Shown: piece after piece, positions 1 to 12,049 of the stretch
Layout of the letters: every line of letters begins with the position of its first letter
Numbering within the stretch: the stretch's first letter is position 1
Source of the DNA: Oopsacas minuta
Taxonomy: Eukaryota; Animalia; Porifera
NCBI GenBank assembly: GCA_024704765.1
Contig: JAKMXF010000222.1
Span: forward strand, 930,001-994,000
Length of the DNA: 64,000 nt
Reading direction: 5' to 3'
Notes under the pieces: generated by a model
Told to the model about the DNA's origin: nothing
What the model saw: the letters and a program-made list of their open reading frames with translations, nothing else
The model's database searches: none
Position numbers and translations under genes: made by a program

Positions 1-2189
1 TAATTTAGGTGCGCTGATTCTGAATATCTATTCAGTTTTTTCTTATCACGTCAGGTTATTTCACAACCATATAGCTACATTTTCAGAAAAATGTCGATTT
101 TTGCCAAAAATTCATCATGATTACATATTACAATAATAACATTATGTGCATAGTATATATATTCAAATAGTCTTATTTGCTTATTGGTTTTTAACTAGTC
201 TGTTATTCTTTTTTGTTGATATGTCGAAAATAAAGTGTTTCAATTCTCCAGACATTTTTTGTTATATTTGTGGTTTCTATACTCTGAGACCTCAGATGCA
301 GAATATTACTGAATTTGTGGATAGAGCTTACCATGCGTATTTCAAAGTTAAGCTGGGCGATCAGGACAAAAGTTGGGCACCTCATAAGGTCTGTAAATCT
401 TGTGTAGAATTATTGAGGTCTTGGAGTAAGGGTAAAGAGAAACACCTCCCTTTCGGAATTCCTATGATTTGGAGAGAATAAAAAAATTATTTTGATGATT
501 GTTATTTCTGCATGGTAAATGTTATGGCCTGCAAAAAGAGTCACAGACACCTACTGAATTACCCAAATTTAGAATCTGCTATTCGACCAGTCCCTCATTG
601 TAGTGATCTACCTGTACCAATATTCACAGAGTTTCTCGGACTCTATGATGATGAAGATGGTGCCAATTCGGAAGAAGTCAATGATCATGACTGTGACTAT
701 GATGTTGATTTTCAAGGTCCTTCCTCGGAGCCTTCTCTCTTTAACCAAGCGGAATTGAATGATTTAATTCGTGACCTTGACCTCTCGAAAGAATTTCCTG
801 AATTGCTTGCATCTAGATTGCAAGAAAAGAATCTACTCCATCAAAGAACAAAGGTAACATTATATCGTTACAGGGAGCAAGAATTTCAACAGTATTTTCT
901 GCGAAAAGAATGGTTTGGTGTTTTGTCCAAATGTTGAGGGTCTTCTACTGGCAATGGGAGTTCCGAACTACAATCCAAGTGACTGGAGGCTGTTTACCGA
1001 CAGCTCTAAAAGGAGCTTGAAATGTGCACTACTCCATAATGGAAATATATTCGGTTCAATTCCTATAGGATATTCAGTTAAACACAAAGAGGAGTACAAT
1101 AATGTGAAAGAGATATTAGAGATTATTAACTACTCGGCACATGATTGGGTCATCTGTGTTGATCTCAAAATGGTCAACTTTCTATTAGGACAACAATCTG
1201 GGTTCACTAACTACCCCTGTTTCCTTTGTTATTGGGACAGTAGAGATAGGAACCAGCACTGGATAAGGGACAAGTGGCCTCCGAGAGAATGTTTGAAAGT
1301 TGGGGACAAAAATGTAATTAATAACCCTCTGGAAATACAAATAAAATAATTCTACCTCCTCTCCACATTAAGCTTGGTTTAATGAAGCAATTCATCAAAG
1401 CACTGGATAAAGACATATTGTTTCAAGTATATCCGAAATTATTTTCCAGAAATCTGTGAAGAGAAGAAAAAGGCAGGGATATTTGAAGTTCCACAGATTC
1501 GCAAGTTACTTAGGGACAACAGCTTCAAAGATTCTATGAACGATGGAGAGAAGAGAGCGTGGCGGGCTTTCTCTAATGTCATTTCTAATTTCCTTGATAA
1601 TAAAAAGGCAGCCAACTATAAAAAACTAGTCACAGAGTTAGTCGACAGCTATCATGCTCTTGGCTGTAATATGAGTATTAAAATTCATTATTTGAGAGAC
1701 CATCTTGATAGATTTCCGGATATTCTAGGTGATATGAGTGAAGAACAAGGTGAACGATTCTATCAAGACATAAAAATGATGAAACAGCGATATCAAGGAA
1801 GATGCGACACACATATGATGGCAGATTACTGTTGACGCCTAAAAAGAGATTGTCCTAATGAACAACATTCAAGAAAGTCAAACAAAAGAAAATTTTCAGA
1901 TTGAACAGTGCTCATATTACATGGTTATAGTATCACTTTCTTCCATTCATAATAGTAACAATTATATCATAATTCTTAGTAAATGAAATATTGATATTTT
2001 CAGAAATTTAATTGATCCAATCTAACATATAAGGGTTGAAACCAATTTTGTTTTATAAATGTAGTAACAGGATTGTGAGATAACTTGACGTATTAGGGAG
2101 AAACTGACAAAATAATCGGAATCAGCAACATAGAATTAGTATATATCAGTTGACCAAATCAATACAACTAAAAAGTGTTGGCCTGTGTG
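1..2189 (+). mobile_element. Chapaev3-like (CMC superfamily) DNA transposon, left end cut by the window edge
   Basis: Right end reads CACACAGGCC... on the minus strand (CAC terminus at 2189). Its subterminal sequence (taattctatgttgctgattccgatt...acgtcaagttat) imperfectly matches bases 1-60. It encloses the transposase relic 221-1904. Family assignment is from motif recognition. Confidence 0.7.
221..1904 (+). pseudogene. Chapaev3-type transposase pseudogene (frameshifts and stops)
   Basis: ORF pieces 146-481, 512-937, 915-1349 and 1536-1835 are colinear: FCYICG, LGDQDKSWAPH, DCYFC, WRLFTDSSKRSLK, CVDLK, PPLHIKLG, MSEEQGERFYQD, RYQG. Confidence 0.85.
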
Positions 2190-3203
2190 ATCATTTGAAG
2201 GACGATCAACATTGAAACTTTAACACAATAGTGTTATAGGTGTCAAATGAAAAACATTATTCTACGAAATGATGAGACCTAAGAGTCATGGATTTGAAGG
2301 ATGAGGGGAGTAAGAGCTAAAAAGCATTTAAAACAAATAAATATTATGCTAACTCATTATGGTGGAACGTAACAGTCATTATGAAAATTAATAAAATAAT
2401 ACACAAGGCTGATAACTGAAAATTCGGGAGTCAAATACCATGTCTCAGGGAGTGCACTCATGTTCGACATGAATCAATGAAATTCGCCAAATCTTCAAAT
2501 TTTAGTTGCTAGATTATATACAATACTAACGAAAATTCCTGAATGGGGAACTTACATGCTGTGTACACCATATATCTTATGTTGTAGTGTACGTATTGTG
2601 TAAACACAAGTTGAAAATTGTATTGCTTTTGAATACCGCAATAAAATGTAAGCTTGTGTTAACACAAAAAGTACATTATGGAATAAGTTAAAACATACAA
2701 AAACATGCAAATTTTCATCCTCTTACTACTTAGCTAAATAATATAAATTTTGAAATAAACATAATGCGGCTTGAATAATACACAAAACAGGAAGACTTAA
2801 TAGAGGACAAATTTATGAATTTTTATCAATGAGCGACTAACCTTTCTTCATCGAGCACTAACACGCCATTAATCAATTTAACCTTTGGACAAGTAGTCTC
2901 TTTGTGGATGATCTCATTTGATTCTTCTCTATTCTCTTCCACGAACCTAAATGGAGGAATGATACTCAGTCGAACGAGGTTGATAGAGATTCCTGAACAT
3001 ATAATTGAGCGATCCTGACAAGACCGAGGATCAGACAGGTCTAGGAAAAAGATCAAAGATGGTATATTTTAACAAGTACATGCTTCCCAGACACACATTT
3101 CGACATATTCCTTAATTTTAGTATAGGTATAATGGTTGATAATAAATTGTTCTACAAATATGCAATACATTTATTTGGTCAAAAATGCACCGTTTCTGCA
3201 ATA

Positions 3204-4524
3204 ACGGGGTGCTACTAAAAATCCGGACAACTTTACGAGTGTCAAATAATATCAATTACTATGTCACCATATGTTTATATTGTTTGATATTTAAGTATAC
3301 ACTACTTGACAACTTTTAATTAGAAATTATTATTGAGACTGGTGTACTTCGCAAAATGGAGACCCTTTCAGAGAAGTAGAGAAGAGACATTGTTGTACAG
3401 TTCTATAAGGAGTACTCCGATAGGGGTAAGTGTTTCACCATTGACCTTTTTATGAAGATGGAAAATGAGGAGTACATTATATGACATCTTGGGAAGTTAT
3501 GAGAGAAGGAAAAACAACAGAAAAGAAAGGGGAGAGTGGAAGAACCGCACAGAAACTGCCAGTATTGAAGAGGAGGCGGTTGAAACAGGTTGCCAATAAC
3601 AAGAAGGGGGTCAGTCACAGAAAACTGGCTGCGAAGTTCAATGTAAGCAGATCTTATGTAGGAAAGGTTCTCAGAAGTCAGAATGTAAAGTATTTCCTGA
3701 GACAAAAGTGCCCAGTTCAACTCCAGAACAACAACACGACAGATAAAGTGCCTCAGGTCCATGAATCGGAAACTCTGTCCGCCAAATTCAGATGTAGTGA
3801 TCATTTTGGACGACGAGTCGTATTTCCCTCTCAAACATGATGAAATGCCCGGAAATGAAGGTTTTTACCCAGATAACAAGAAGGACACCCCATTTAGTGT
3901 AAAATACAAAACGAAACAGAAGTTTGCTCCAAAGGTCATGATCTGGCTCGCAATCAGCGAACGGGGCCACTCCGACGTCTATGTGAAGCCATCAGGTTTG
4001 GGTATTAATAGTGAAGTATGTATTGATGAATGTATTCGTGCAAGATTGGTTCTTTTTATCAATCAATTGCACAAGGACGACGAAATCTTGTTTTGGCCAG
4101 ATCTAGCAAGCTCCCATTACTCTATAGCGACCAGAGCTTGCTACAAAGAGATCGGAATTAATGTTGTCCCCAAAGAAATGAACCCTCCCAATGTCCCCCA
4201 ACTACGGCCTATTGAAAATTTTTGGGGAATTCTTAAAGCAGAGGTCTATAAGGGTGCTTGGGAGGCCAAAAGCGTCGCCCAATTGGTTAATAGAATAAAA
4301 AATGCCTAGCTGAAATGGACTGGACATCCCGTCCAGGTAATGATGCGAACTTGTAAAACAAACATCAGAAAGGCAGCAGACAAAACACCTCTCGTAATGC
4401 TATAATTGGCACTATTGTACTTTTGACTATGAATAGAGTATATACAAAGGCCGAATGAATAGGCCACAATATAGTCCATTCAAGTCCTGATCAAAACCAG
4501 TCCGGATTTTTAGTAGCACCCCGT
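3204..4524 (+). mobile_element. Complete ITmD37E-type (DD37E) Tc1/mariner element with a disrupted transposase (about 3356-4404)
   Basis: Perfect TIR ACGGGGTGCTACTAAAAATCCGGAC; TA TSD in a palindromic caaTAttg target. Catalytic motifs ILDDESYF / WPDLASSHY / QLRPIE, with 37 residues between the second D and the E. Confidence 0.9.
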
Positions 4525-4861
4525 TATTGAATCTAATCATAAAATATCTTCATCGCCTACCTCACCCCAAGTCCAAAATTTACAAGAGGTTGGTAAGACT
4601 TAGATTATAGTAGGTTATGATCAGTGATATTTGCCAATGGCCAAATATTAATGAATTAATGTATATGTTTGGAATTTGAGTTACAAGTATCTTAAATAAG
4701 TCAAATGTCTCTACTTCATGAGCATGACAAAATGAAAACTCATCATGGAATTATTACATCACCCTGAAATTGCAAAAATTGAAATTATCAATTTTCAGAA
4801 ATTTGAGAATGCCTGAATACCGCAAAGAACGTCATGGGTGCAAACGATTGAATATTTAGAA

Positions 4862-4867
4862 ATATAT

Positions 4868-4898
<31 letters not shown>
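4862..4898. repeat. (TA)n microsatellite
   Basis: Direct reading of the sequence. Confidence 0.9.
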
Positions 4899-5146
4899 GG
4901 AACTATTGAATTTTGTCGCGTTACAGCCGCTCCACTACTACTCACAACCCCGTTACGATATTGGTCAATGAGCAAGTAGCATATACAATTCTGTGGTTTC
5001 ACAACAAGCACTCTGGCATCCTCAAAAATAAAGTGTCGTTATTTCGAATAAAAACTATTCTCAAAGTCAAAGGATGCGAGTCGCGGTATGGTCCACAGCC
5101 GATTTAAATATATTCTCAGATAGTACTCTAAGTACATATTTTGAAG

Positions 5147-5205
5147 ATAGTAAATATTCAGAAGACATATCTATTAAATAGATATATTTTCTGAATATTT
5201 ACTAT
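5147..5205. repeat. About 60 bp near-perfect palindrome, 1 nt spacer
   Basis: atagtaaatattcagaagacatatctatt / a / aatagatatattttctgaatatttactat; 2 mismatches in 29 bp arms. Confidence 0.85.
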
Positions 5206-7288
5206 TATCTAAATATGCTTTAATAATGCAAACAAGGGAAAGTGCCAATCAATTTCATCGAAATGGTAAACAGGAACATGCTATTAAGAAACGACTGAAC
5301 TTTCAAATCTATCACGAAATACATTTTCGGCTATTTTGACTAACTATTACTAAAGAAATATGATTTATCTTTTAGGAATTCTGGGTCTAGGTTACCGAAT
5401 AAACCCTTAGGTGGTCTTCGAAATATGGACAAACAAATCAGCAGAGGGTCCAAATTAACTTGATACTCAAATACCTAGAAAGTTCAATAATACCTCTTTT
5501 TAGCTAATTTAATGAGGACGAATGCATTTAGGATATTGTTTTTGTCATTAGATATATGTATACTTCCTAATAGTAATGACTGTCGACATTCAAATTTTGG
5601 ACAATAAAATATGGGTATATTGATTTCTCTAAAACTATTCAGAATTTGAGATAAAATGAATTATTGTTAAATAGGATGCTGTAAATAAGAATGAAATTTC
5701 TCATTCATATGTTAAAAATATATTCAAGCTGCCTATACTTGAGACTTTTAGTTGTATATTTACCCTAGTTATGAGATATAAACCGCTTGGAATATATTTT
5801 GGTATGGTCTTCAATACAGATGCTTTCTTATTAACATTTTTCGAAGCAAACTACATTAAAATGAGCCAGAACTATTGGTTCTAATGCAATTTCACCTCAC
5901 TTTGGAATTTGGGAGGTTAATTTAGCTGTGGTGTTCAGAACACACCCATTTATACACTCCACTTTCGGAGTTTATACTGTATAAGATGTAATGCTATGCT
6001 GATAAAGTAGTTTAATCAAACACGGGATAATTACTACGGCTGATTGGGAAGTTGGATATTGGGAGGATATTAACCAGATTGTCATATCAAAAGAATCCTA
6101 TTACCATATGGCAATTATACAAGGGTTGTTAAATAAGTAATGAGACCAATGTATCGAATTCATATTCTAATTAATACAGCTCTAGCCTAATATCAAATTA
6201 CAAGGCTAACTTGATTGTTTAACTTCTATGCAATATACTCTTTACCCTACTAGCATTTTCTTCAACATAAAGCTTCATTGTATCGGCTACTTTTTCAACT
6301 AATGGATTTTAACAAAGAAGGAAAACGACAAAAACTTTGGTACCTGTGGAAAAAGGGGAATAATGGCTCATATATTCTTCGTGAAATGCAGGACATTTTC
6401 GGTGATGAATGTCCTTCGAAAGTAACCATATATAAACGGATCGAAAGTTATGATAATGTCGATGAGGACCTCCACGATGACCTTCGTTCAGGGAATCCCG
6501 ACAATTCGCATCACGACAACTCGCACCGAATTTGATTGGTCAATTGATTCCGACTATGATTTTTAGTATTGTATGATCAATTTTTGTTATTATTTATGTA
6601 CATAAAGTAAAGAAATTTCAAAAAGTTCGTATACTTTTAAAGGCTACAGAGGTAATCGAGTTTTCGAATAGCATATCGTGAATATTCGACTTAGAGAGTG
6701 ACTTTCAAAACATACATAGGATACTTAGTAATACATAAAACAAATTACCGGCGGTTGATTAGGAGTAACCTAGGCGCCCGAAAGGTGCCTATTGAGGACG
6801 CTTCGTGCCCGCAACCGCGTACCGCAAGGAAGAGTAGCTTACTTGTATATGTTGAATTTTTGAACTATACAAGTAGTAAAGTATGTATTGCACAATCTAT
6901 GATCAAAGACTTTATCCATACATTTGGAAAAATATAAAGAAAATCATTCCGGATTTATCATAATACAATTTGAAGCTGTTCTTCTATGGAAAATCTTTCT
7001 TATATTTCCCCACATTGAGCTGGCCTAACTCAAAATTGCTACTTAAATTCCTTTAATAATACGATGGACTCCGCTTAATAGAGCCACCGGTTAATCTGGC
7101 CAACACCTTTATCCAGTAAATATAGGTGATAATATAATCTCTGGATGGGTACTGTTTCGGTTAACTAAACTAGCCATCCACTTTTAAATATTGGCCTTGC
7201 TGGGATAGATCGGAATGATATCTGTAACAGATATTTTGTTCATTTAACTTATAATCATGATATTACGTAGGTCATGATTAAATGAACT

Positions 7289-7336
7289 TCATACCACCCT
7301 ATCCTTAGAAGTACTTCTAAAGATAGGGTGGTATGA
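7289..7336. repeat. 48 bp zero-spacer palindrome with one mismatch
   Basis: tcataccaccctatccttagaagt | acttctaaagatagggtggtatga. Confidence 0.9.
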
Positions 7337-7717
7337 TGTGTTAGTTATACCCCTACACAATTATCCTACAAAATGGGAACATGAAAATACTTGCCAGTTG
7401 GATATCCAATTCAGGCTTTAAAGTATTACGTAAAGTTTGAACAACCCCGTTCGTGCCAGGAAATTTACCCTTTAGGTTTCTATTCGATAACAAGTCAGAT
7501 GAATCAAGTCAAGTCATAAATAAACTACATTTAATGTCTAATATGCATGTGTCTACAAAATACTGAATTAGAATAATATATATAAGAGAGTCGTGTTGTA
7601 AATAGGGCTTTAGGAGAATGATCAAGAGAGGTGCAGCTACCGCATCATAACCACTGTTCTTCTTGCATGGTAGCTGCACCTCAATGGAGAGGATAGAGGA
7701 GAGGAGAGGAGAGAAGA

Positions 7718-9061
7718 GGAGTGGAGTGAGAAGAGAAAGAGATGTGGCGGATTGGTTGTGTGAGCAAAGAGGGGTCTGCGTTCATACCAAAGGGATGGTG
7801 ATAGTCAAGCGCACGAATGAGCACTCCCATAGGCCTGACGAGCAGGCAGCGGGCTGTTGTGAAGCGAAGGCAGGTATGAAGAGGAAAGCACGAGAGTCCC
7901 AGGATAGTACACACCACATAGTGGGCGGGAGTTGCAAACAGCCTCAGAGGGTACTGCTGCTAAACTCCCAAACTGGACAGCCTGAAGCGGACGATACAAT
8001 GCCAACGTGCTAGTGCACTTGCAGCTCCAGCACATCCTACCACTCTAGCAGAGCTAGCTCTACCAGCAGTCTACCAGCAGACAGCCAAAAGAGAACAGTT
8101 CTTACTCTATGACTCTGGCGCAGACGATGTACACAGATTCCTCATCTTCGCGACACAACACAACCTCGGGATGCTGCAGCGAAGAAAGATCTCTCTAGCT
8201 GATGGCACCTTCAGGACAGCACCTCCACTCTTCGCCCAGGTGTATGTGGTGCATGGACCCCGTGGAGGAGATGATCCTATGAAGACCGGTCATCTGTTAC
8301 CGAGCCTGTTCGTGCTACTGCCCAACAAGACGGAGGCTGCCTACCTGAGGATGTGGGAACAGATCCGCCTACTGTGTCCACTTGCCCAGCCTCAACAGAT
8401 GCTCCTGGACTTTGAGAAGGGCGCGATTACCAGCTTTGAGCATGTCTGGCCTAACACAGTAGTAAAGTGCTGCTTCTTCCACCTGACACATAATATCTGG
8501 CGACTTGTGCAGTCTGCCTACACACATGACGAAGAGTTGGCTATGCGCATCCGGAGGATACCAGCCCTTGCATTCGTCCGACCAGCAGACGTACCCGATC
8601 TGTCTGATCAAGTGGCAATGGACCTCCCACTTACGCCTGAAATAGGCGAACTAGTCGACTACTTTGAGAGGACGTATATCGGCCGCACACTTGTCACCGG
8701 TTGCCATGTAGCGGCGAAGTTCCCCATTGACCTGTGGAACTATCACATCGGTACGCCCTTAGGACTCCCCCGTGCAACCAACGCCGTAGAGGCATGGCAC
8801 CGCAGCTTCAATGCCACTGTCGGCTGCCATCAACCTACCACATGGAAGTTCATCCTCTCCCTCAAGCGTGAGCAGGGCCTAGTGGAGGTGCAGCATACTA
8901 ATTACCTTGTTGGCAAGCCACCAACCAAGCGGAGGCGGTCCCAACAGAGTGGGGAAGCGTTGAAGACTCTAGTTGGAGAATATATCCGCCAGACCATACT
9001 CAGACGAAGTTCCATACAAGTGCAGACACCATCTCAGCCTGGGAGCGGATTAACATGGTAA
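7718..9061 (+). pseudogene. MULE (Mutator-like) transposase, left arm, decayed
   Basis: FLYWCH-like WLCE...HSH region, LADGTF, LLPNKTEAAY, LLDFE, CCFFHL, TNAVEAWH; frameshift and stop near 8011. Confidence 0.88.
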
Positions 9062-9115
9062 TCCAAAGTATTATCTCAAAATCAAATGTATTTGAGGGAT
9101 AGATAATACGGAAGA

Positions 9116-10453
9116 TTAACATCCGTTCTCAGGCTGAGATGGTGTCTGCACTTGTATGGAACTTCGTCTGAGTATGGTCTGGCGGATATATTCTCCAACT
9201 AGAGTCTTCAACGCTTCCCCACTCTGTTGGGACCGCCTCCGCTTGGTTGGTGGCTTGCCAACAAGGTAATTAGTATGCTGCACCTCCACTAGGCCCTGCT
9301 CACGCTTGAGGGAGAGGATGAACTTCCATGTGGTAGGTTGATGGCAGCCGACAGTGGCATTGAAGCTGCGGTGCCATGCCTCTACGGCGTTGGTTGCACG
9401 GGGGAGTCCTAAGGGCGTACCGATGTGATAGTTCCACAGGTCAATGGGGAACTTCGCCGCTACATGGCAACCGGTGACAAGTGTGCGGCCGATATACGTC
9501 CTCTCAAAGTAGTCGACTAGTTCGCCTATTTCAGGCGTAAGTGGGAGGTCCATTGCCACTTGATCAGACAGATCGGGTACGTCTGCTGGTCGGACGAATG
9601 CAAGGGCTGGTATCCTCCGGATGCGCATAGCCAACTCTTCGTCATGTGTGTAGGCAGACTGCACAAGTCGCCAGATATTATGTGTCAGGTGGAAGAAGCA
9701 GCACTTTACTACTGTGTTAGGCCAGACATGCTCAAAGCTGGTAATCGCGCCCTTCTCAAAGTCCAGGAGCATCTGTTGAGGCTGGGCAAGTGGACACAGT
9801 AGGCGGATCTGTTCCCACATCCTCAGGTAGGCAGCCTCCGTCTTGTTGGGCAGTAGCACGAACAGGCTCGGTAACAGATGACCGGTCTTCATAGGATCAT
9901 CTCCTCCACGGGGTCCATGCACCACATACACCTGGGCGAAGAGTGGAGGTGCTGTCCTGAAGGTGCCATCAGCTAGAGAGATCTTTCTTCGCTGCAGCAT
10001 CCCGAGGTTGTGTTGTGTCGCGAAGATGAGGAATCTGTGTACATCGTCTGCGCCAGAGTCATAGAGTAAGAACTGTTCTCTTTTGGCTGTCTGCTGGTAG
10101 ACTGCTGGTAGAGCTAGCTCTGCTAGAGTGGTAGGATGTGCTGGAGCTGCAAGTGCACTAGCACGTTGGCATTGTATCGTCCGCTTCAGGCTGTCCAGTT
10201 TGGGAGTTTAGCAGCAGTACCCTCTGAGGCTGTTTGCAACTCCCGCCCACTATGTGGTGTGTACTATCCTGGGACTCTCGTGCTTTCCTCTTCATACCTG
10301 CCTTCGCTTCACAACAGCCCGCTGCCTGCTCGTCAGGCCTATGGGAGTGCTCATTCGTGCGCTTGACTATCACCATCCCTTTGGTATGAACGCAGACCCC
10401 TCTTTGCTCACACAACCAATCCGCCACATCTCTTTCTCTTCTCACTCCACTCC
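9116..10453 (-). pseudogene. MULE transposase, right arm (mirror copy with the same lesions)
   Basis: ORFs 9116-10000 and 10158-10445 match the left-arm translations up to the arm boundaries. Confidence 0.88.
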
Positions 10454-12049
10454 AAATAAATATCCATTCTCCGACAGCTTATCTCCTCCTCTTTGTGACT
10501 TGATCAGCCTGCAGGTCGGCTGATCAAGAGGTTCTGCCATTAGTTAAGTTATAAAATTTCAAAGACAAAATGTATTGATTGGTAATGAGAATACGAATCT
10601 GAGTTTGAACTAGATCATTTTATATTTATGTCCGAGGATTGCAAATATCACAGGTGATTACATCCTGTTTAGTACATCACTAAGACTATTTCCTTCGTGT
10701 GTGTTTACTTAATACTTACTATAGCAATCTTTGGAATAAATATCATTAAATGGATTCATGGAATCATGTCATCTAAAATTAGAATTATTGATCCAATTAA
10801 GACTTTCCGTGTGCAGATATAATTATTAGAAAATTGATTATTTATGCGTACTTAGATTAAATTAATTAACTAATACCATATCAAATTGACCAATCAAATT
10901 AAGTGCGAATTATCTGGTGCGAATTGTCGATATCCGTCGTCCAGGTCATCCGACTTCCTCAAAAGCCTGCAGTAATATCGAGAGGTTCCAAACAATTTTG
11001 GACGAGGACAAACAAATAACCCTGCGAGAGTTAGAAGAGAGAGTAGGTATATCAAAAGGCACACTACACTTGACTATCACTGAAGATCTGGAAATGTCGA
11101 AGGTAACTGCGCGTTGGGTCCCAAAATTTCTTTCAAAAGAACAAAAACACAAAAGAGTCAGAGTTAGCAAAGAATTACTTTTAAGATAAAAGGCAGAGGA
11201 AGACTTTTGGATTGTATAGTAACGGAGGATGTAACTTGGTTTCTTATTATGAACCAGAGAGCAAAACTCAATCGAAGCAGTGGAAGAGGATGGCGACAGT
11301 ATTTTGGGATAGGGAAGGAATTATACACTTCGACTGGTTGCCTGAGAAGACAACCATAAACAATGATTATTACGTTGACGAATTGAAAAATGGCGTCAAG
11401 CGAGTAAACGTGAGAGGCAAGGCAAGTTGACACGTCGCTTATTGCTGCAACATGACAACGCAAGGCCCCATGTAAGCTCCAAGACAATGGCTGCAATTGA
11501 CGACTTAGGATTCGAATGCTTCCCTCATCCCCCGCATAGTCCAGACCTGGTTCCCAGCGCTTACTGGCTGTTTGGAGAGATGAAAAAAAACCTCGAGGGA
11601 AGAGATTTGGGATTTCAAACGGCTAAAGTAGGAAATAAACAGTAAGAAAAGACCCCAAAAGAATTTTATACCACTGGGCTGGAAAAGTTACCAGAACGAT
11701 GGAACTGATGTATAAAGTTAAAGGGGGAATTTATCGAAACATTTTATAATCAATTATGATAAGTATAGGTTTACTATATGAATTATGAAAAAAGCCTTAT
11801 TATTTATTGAATAACCCTTGTAATTAATGTATTTAGGCCAGGGACATGTTTTATCAGTCACAGAGGTGTTGCGCTGACTAATTTCTAGACTCATTTGGCA
11901 AAACGAATCGCTGGGTGCAAAAAGATGATGGGATTCGATGGAGCCGAACGGTATTTTCCGACGAGTGCTCAGTCTGGCTTGATTCTGGGAGAGTAAAAGT
12001 ATGAACAAAAAAGAACAGCCCATTTTCCTACCAAACATTCAAACATCCA

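Larger units (their letters stand above)
7629..10520. repeat. GC-rich foldback block: inverted arms 7718-9041 and 9130-10453 (1324 bp each), 88 bp spacer
   Basis: Mirror ORF coordinates all sum to 18171 and give identical translations over the arms; spot-checked nucleotides are identical. Flanked by the 10 bp direct repeat TGATCAAGAG (7619-7628, 10521-10530). Confidence 0.92.
6492..10935. mobile_element. MULE-like TIR element inserted into the mariner; contains the MULE foldback
   Basis: About 55 bp imperfect TIRs beginning GG and built of GACAATTCGCAC-type repeats (to ...aatttgattggtcaatt). Degenerate 9 bp TSD ttcgttcag (6483-6491) / gtcgtccag (10936-10944), 7/9 identical. Confidence 0.75.
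6120..11820 (+). mobile_element. mariner (DD34D type) element split by a 4.4 kb insertion
   Basis: TA-flanked imperfect TIRs caagggttgttaaataagtaat / caagggttattcaataaataat. The 5' transposase part (6302-6491, HTH region, ends DDLR) joins the 3' part (from 10936: PGHPTS, WVPK, HDNARPH, HPPHSPDLVPSA with the third catalytic D changed to A). About 1.25 kb after removing the insert. Confidence 0.85.

Noticed and set aside
146-220. Hydrophobic N-terminus of ORF 146-481 as a membrane protein
   Set aside because: It arises from an alternative start codon upstream of the transposase ATG at 221, in T-rich non-coding sequence.
2826-3056. 76 aa ORF as a host exon
   Set aside because: No recognisable motif, ATG or splice context that I can support.
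6750-6845. GC-rich hairpins (taggcgcc-cgaaa-ggtgccta; taccgcaagg) resembling structured RNA or rRNA
   Set aside because: Too short, with no extended rRNA, tRNA or other ncRNA similarity; may be a transposon end motif.
8369-8611. Antisense and overlapping ORFs in the track (for example 8369-8611, 9560-9802, 30830-31084, 31418-31606, 49443-49742)
   Set aside because: They are shadow frames of transposase genes with no independent motifs.
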